A stretch of DNA of 39,099 nt. Source: a virus. Taxonomy: Duplodnaviria > Caudoviricetes. The notes under the pieces are model-generated. The model had not been told where the DNA came from and searched no databases. It saw nothing but the letters and a program-made list of their open reading frames with translations. Positions 35,640-39,099 of the stretch are shown here, in pieces (position 1 is the first letter of the stretch; each line of letters begins with the position of its first letter). The position numbers and the translations under genes are program-made. The stretch covers positions 1 to 39,099 of IMG/VR virus record IMGVR_UViG_3300036904_000072; one strand, 5' to 3'.

Positions 35640-37997
35640 TTAAAGCTTGATAAAGAAATTCATAGCAACCGAAGGCTGTGTAACGTTTTGTGGAACGCCT
35701 GAGCCAGTTGGGCCTGTATTTGGGTTTGTAAGACCTGTTGAGCCTGCAGGGCCGCTCCCACTTCCTGATGACAAGGAAAACTGTAATGTACCAGCACTAC
35801 CAGGCGCTGGATGCACATGGCTACCAAGCTCGGATGCATAACTTTGATGCGCATACTCGCCCTCAGATGCGCCTGGCATGCTTATAGTAACCGTTGTTGT
35901 TCCTGAACCTGCATCTGTATAAGCAACTAGCGCATTGCCTGACATGGCATTAGCAAAACTCGTTGCCACGCAAAAAGTAGTAGCTCCTAAAGTGGCAGAA
36001 TAACAAGGCATAGCGTAATAGAGTGTGTTAGCAACAAGACCTGTTGGCAATGCACCACCTGTATTGGCAAATGTAATAACTTGACCTCTGAATAGGTTGA
36101 CTGAAGTAGGTGTATTAGCGGCCGTTAACACAAGCGATTGTGTTATAGCGTTTATGGTGCCAGAGCCGTTTGAGCCGCCAACAACAACGATATCTGATTG
36201 TGCGTTTGCTAAACTTGTGGCTACATAGAATGTTGTAGCGCTTGTTGGGATTGCGTAATAATTTGTAGCGGAACTCAATGCGCTTGGTAAGGCTGAGCCA
36301 CCACCTGTATTGGCAAACTGTACAATTTCCCCAAAAGCCATAGGTTGTGTTGATGTTAATAATAAACCACCATTAATGGCCGTAGCTGTGAATGCAGTAG
36401 TTAATTGTGCTGCTGTAACCGTACTAGAATATAGAATGGGCAAAGCACTGGCTGGAACGGTTCCGAGTAATATTCTGCCAATCATGGGAGACAACGACAG
36501 TTGTTTTAAAGCTCCCCAGTCAGACCAAGCATTAGAGCCATAAGCTGCGGCGGCGCCAGCTGCTGTAAACATCTGCGCCAAAGGATTGCTTGAGCCATTT
36601 GTAAATCCTACAAATCTATTCCATAACATGCTATATAGAGGCCAGCCGTCTGTTCCCTGATATGCAATACCTAAGTTGGAAGTCGGTGCCACAACAGTTA
36701 CTGATCCAGAATTTACATTAACTAATGTGCCTCCAGTCAAAGGCACCCAGCCAAAAGGGTAGAAATCGTTTATGGAAATCTTTACATCCCCTGTTCTTGG
36801 GGCGGCAATTATTGCGTCAATCTGGTCGTAGGTTTGGAATGAATTCGTTGGTGCTGCTTCTAAAGCATCAATTAGATAAATAGATGGCAAGCAAAAACTA
36901 ATATTACATGCAGCATTAGGTTGTGGCGAACCTGTTGTGCCTACAGGCATTCCAATTTGCAAATAGAATGCATCGTCATTAGTACCTGAAAGCGTAATGC
37001 CGTCATTGGTCGGAAATATATCGACAAGAGACCACTTTTCCCAAGAGTTAGAAAACGTAATAGTTCCAGCTCCTACAGGTATTGGACCAGGTGATACAGA
37101 CCCTGTACCACAAAACTGGTAAATAGAAACTGTAATTGTAGCATTGCCAGATGTTGCCATTCCTTGAATGGTGAAGGTAAATGGCTGGTTAGCAAGGGTT
37201 GCAATATGTAAGCTTATTGGGAATTGGTAAATCTTTAATGTCGCACCAGAGGTATCAGCAGAACAGTTATGGTTGATATAATATTCAGGTTGTATATCGC
37301 CTTGGATGATTGGAGGCGGTAATTGTTCAGGGAACTTCGTGAATATAATGCTTTCTGTAATGTTACTATTAGCGTTTCGTATGTATCTGAAATCCGGCAT
37401 ACTAAAGCCATCATGCTGATCAGGGGCTAGACGCACTGTGTAGTATGTTCCAGTGTTGTTATATTCATCATGAGTGTAGGTAACAGGCAGTGTTGCTGCA
37501 TTATAACCTGTTGTACCATTTCCTAGTTGTTGTTGCCCTAGATTGCGCCAAAATCTGTTATTTGCCACTACGTTTTCCAATGTTGCAATACTATTAGATG
37601 GTGTCGGCGAGCCTGCTGTAAATGGAAAGTTCTTGCGATCAAATTGGAAAGTGCCCATGGAGTCATAAACCGTAATGTAATAAGTGTCTATTACACTGGG
37701 ATCGCACATTTCAACGGGAAAATCTTGGTCAAGATAGGGGTAGTAGAACAACAAGACGTCATTGCCATTGGTGTCTACGGTACTTCCTGTGGCTGATAAT
37801 ATCATAGGGTTTGGAGCTGCTACATAGGTATATGGAGGCGCTGAACCTACCTGGTAATAAACATTCTTAAGCGTGGACATATCTTGTTGACGATAGAATG
37901 TAACAACGCCGCCAGCTAGTGGTATGCCTGTTTTACTGTCTACTAGATTTTGTAATATCGCAGGACAAATCAGCTGACTTGTTACAATCTCGCACAT
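35640..37997 (-). CDS. Tail fibre with head-binding-like N-terminus and tail-collar domain
   Basis: G.PLAGG.V.FY...NP..L; collar GDVK....P.GW....G; C-terminal PSVAMNFFIKL; two F.NTGG.LP..L...YYA.P..TTF.VATS.ANA repeats. Confidence 0.8.
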   Translation of the reverse strand: MCEIVTSQLICPAILQNLVDSKTGIPLAGGVVTFYRQQDMSTLKNVYYQVGSAPPYTYVAAPNPMILSATGSTVDTNGNDVLLFYYPYLDQDFPVEMCDPSVIDTYYITVYDSMGTFQFDRKNFPFTAGSPTPSNSIATLENVVANNRFWRNLGQQQLGNGTTGYNAATLPVTYTHDEYNNTGTYYTVRLAPDQHDGFSMPDFRYIRNANSNITESIIFTKFPEQLPPPIIQGDIQPEYYINHNCSADTSGATLKIYQFPISLHIATLANQPFTFTIQGMATSGNATITVSIYQFCGTGSVSPGPIPVGAGTITFSNSWEKWSLVDIFPTNDGITLSGTNDDAFYLQIGMPVGTTGSPQPNAACNISFCLPSIYLIDALEAAPTNSFQTYDQIDAIIAAPRTGDVKISINDFYPFGWVPLTGGTLVNVNSGSVTVVAPTSNLGIAYQGTDGWPLYSMLWNRFVGFTNGSSNPLAQMFTAAGAAAAYGSNAWSDWGALKQLSLSPMIGRILLGTVPASALPILYSSTVTAAQLTTAFTATAINGGLLLTSTQPMAFGEIVQFANTGGGSALPSALSSATNYYAIPTSATTFYVATSLANAQSDIVVVGGSNGSGTINAITQSLVLTAANTPTSVNLFRGQVITFANTGGALPTGLVANTLYYAMPCYSATLGATTFCVATSFANAMSGNALVAYTDAGSGTTTVTISMPGASEGEYAHQSYASELGSHVHPAPGSAGTLQFSLSSGSGSGPAGSTGLTNPNTGPTGSGVPQNVTQPSVAMNFFIKL

Positions 37998-38030
37998 AGG
38001 AAGTCCGTATCCAATTGTTGTGATGTAAAT

Positions 38031-38059
38031 ATTCTACTCTAGCGAGGTTGTTGGAGCAA
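38031..38059 (-). promoter_or_regulatory. Sigma70-like promoter for the tail-fibre/lysis operon
   Basis: TTGCTC-17-TAGAAT on the minus strand. Confidence 0.45.
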
Positions 38060-38183
38060 GATTAACGGGATTAAAGTTGTAGCTAAAAAACAAGCACTTA
38101 GGTAAAATAAGGAGGTGCCAAGAAGACTTCGACCTCTTACTTGGCAGATTTTGTATGTTTCAAATACAGGAGTAGTATATAAT

Positions 38184-38756
38184 ATGAGCATAGAATTGAC
38201 AACTAAAGTTTTATCAATTCAAGATTTATCTCAACCTCAAAAACACATTCTAACCATACTTTGTTTTAGAGCTAATTATAATTATGAAGTTTATTCGACT
38301 GTTGAAAAATTAGCTTTGGATTGTTCTTGTAGCATCAAGACCATAGAAAGAGCCTTAAAAATATTACGTGACAAAGGTTATTTATCCTATACAGGCAAAT
38401 TAGCTCCAAATTCTCGTTCGATACCAATATATCGTATAAATTTAACGCACGGACTTTCTGGGGGTGGTTCAACTTTAACCACGGACTCTCAGTCCTTGAC
38501 GGACGGACTTTCAGTACTTTCACGGACGGACTCAGAGGGTATACGAATAGACTATAATATAAAAGACAATAAGAAAGACAATAGCAAACCTGATTCTCTT
38601 GAACCTCCTAAAAGCCCAAAAGACCAAATATTACACAATACTAAATATCACGAATACGTAAAAAGGATTCAACAAGACAGGGAATTAAAATTAGAATGTG
38701 GGAATATAGAAATATTGGAGTTTGAAAATTGGAAAAGCCAGATTTACTCTGGCTAA
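38184..38756 (+). CDS. Winged-HTH replication-initiator-like protein
   Basis: LS..QK.IL..L...AN.....S.EKLA..C.CS.KTIERALK.L...GYL (HTH_36-like); internal iterons; start moved to ATG 38184 (AGGAG SD). Confidence 0.75.
   Translation: MSIELTTKVLSIQDLSQPQKHILTILCFRANYNYEVYSTVEKLALDCSCSIKTIERALKILRDKGYLSYTGKLAPNSRSIPIYRINLTHGLSGGGSTLTTDSQSLTDGLSVLSRTDSEGIRIDYNIKDNKKDNSKPDSLEPPKSPKDQILHNTKYHEYVKRIQQDRELKLECGNIEILEFENWKSQIYSG
38448..38532 (+). repeat. Iterons within the initiator-like gene
   Basis: ACGGACT at 38449, 38481, 38503 and 38526, followed by an A-rich tract. Confidence 0.7.
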
Positions 38757-38760
38757 ATAA

Positions 38761-38820
38761 TTACTTACTGCCAACACCAAAAGCAAACATAAATAGAACA
38801 ACTATCAGGGCTACCATCAT
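38761..38820 (-). CDS. 19-aa hydrophobic peptide MMVALIVVLFMFAFGVGSK
   Basis: GAGG SD 6 nt upstream; TATAAT upstream. Confidence 0.4.
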   Translation of the reverse strand: MMVALIVVLFMFAFGVGSK

Positions 38821-38962
38821 AACAAACCTCTTTTGGTTTAAAATTATACTTATGGGTATTTTATACGCATATGAATAAAAATCAAGCATTATCTTCCTGA
38901 TCGTCTATATAATTCCTCTGCTAACAATCCACCAATAGTACCGGCACCATATCGTAATTTAT

Positions 38963-39082
38963 TATTAAATGATTTTTGCCTTTTTTCTGTTTTTCCCAAA
39001 GCACTTTTTTCCCGTTGCATACGCTCCAAAGATTCAGCCAGCCGTTCTTTGCCAACTTCCTTACCAGTAGCTAAATCAGCAA
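38963..39082. repeat. Terminal direct repeat, copy 2
   Basis: Identical to 1-120. Confidence 0.97.
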
Positions 39083-39099
39083 AGAACGGCTGGCTGAAT

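Noticed and set aside
33368-35643. Plus-strand ORFs antisense to tail genes, and similar ones at 392, 6592, 8715, 18492 and 22577
   Set aside because: Shadow ORFs of strongly supported minus-strand genes
35960-36330. DGR-like repeat pair in the tail fibre
   Set aside because: In-frame domain duplication; no reverse transcriptase in the genome
39079-39099. Terminal 21-nt inverted repeat of 39032-39052, resembling a hairpin telomere
   Set aside because: It departs from the sequence continuing at position 121, lies mid-gene, and no protelomerase is seen; most likely a fold-back chimeric read at the contig end
1-39099. Alternative genetic code or a specific host assignment
   Set aside because: Genes read intact in code 11 with all three stops. 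A gammaproteobacterial host is plausible from csrA and the P22-like layout but cannot be shown from sequence alone

Overview
This window looks like a complete, circularly permuted dsDNA phage genome of about 38,962 bp: bases 1-120 recur at 38963-39082. It has P22-like podovirus architecture. The minus strand carries ParB-methylase, TerS, TerL, portal, scaffold, coat, gp4/gp10-like tail hub, ejection proteins, tail fibres and lysozyme. There is also a Sak4/SSB/Cas4-like recombination module, a Toprim-VirE primase-helicase with an adjacent iteron origin, and a separate HTH replication-initiator-like gene with internal iterons. No integrase was recognised. Top finding: the TerL nuclease site carries a 283-aa intein whose HNH endonuclease is encoded in a different reading frame, as a 180-codon gene nested inside it, while the intein frame stays open. 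Other notable items are a phage csrA with GGA-loop hairpins in its own leader and in late-gene leaders, a tRNA-Tyr(GTA)-like RNA with an expanded D-loop, two arrays of micro-genes sharing start-site motifs, and a vWA+TerC insert. All family calls come from motif recognition by eye and gene order; no database searches were run.
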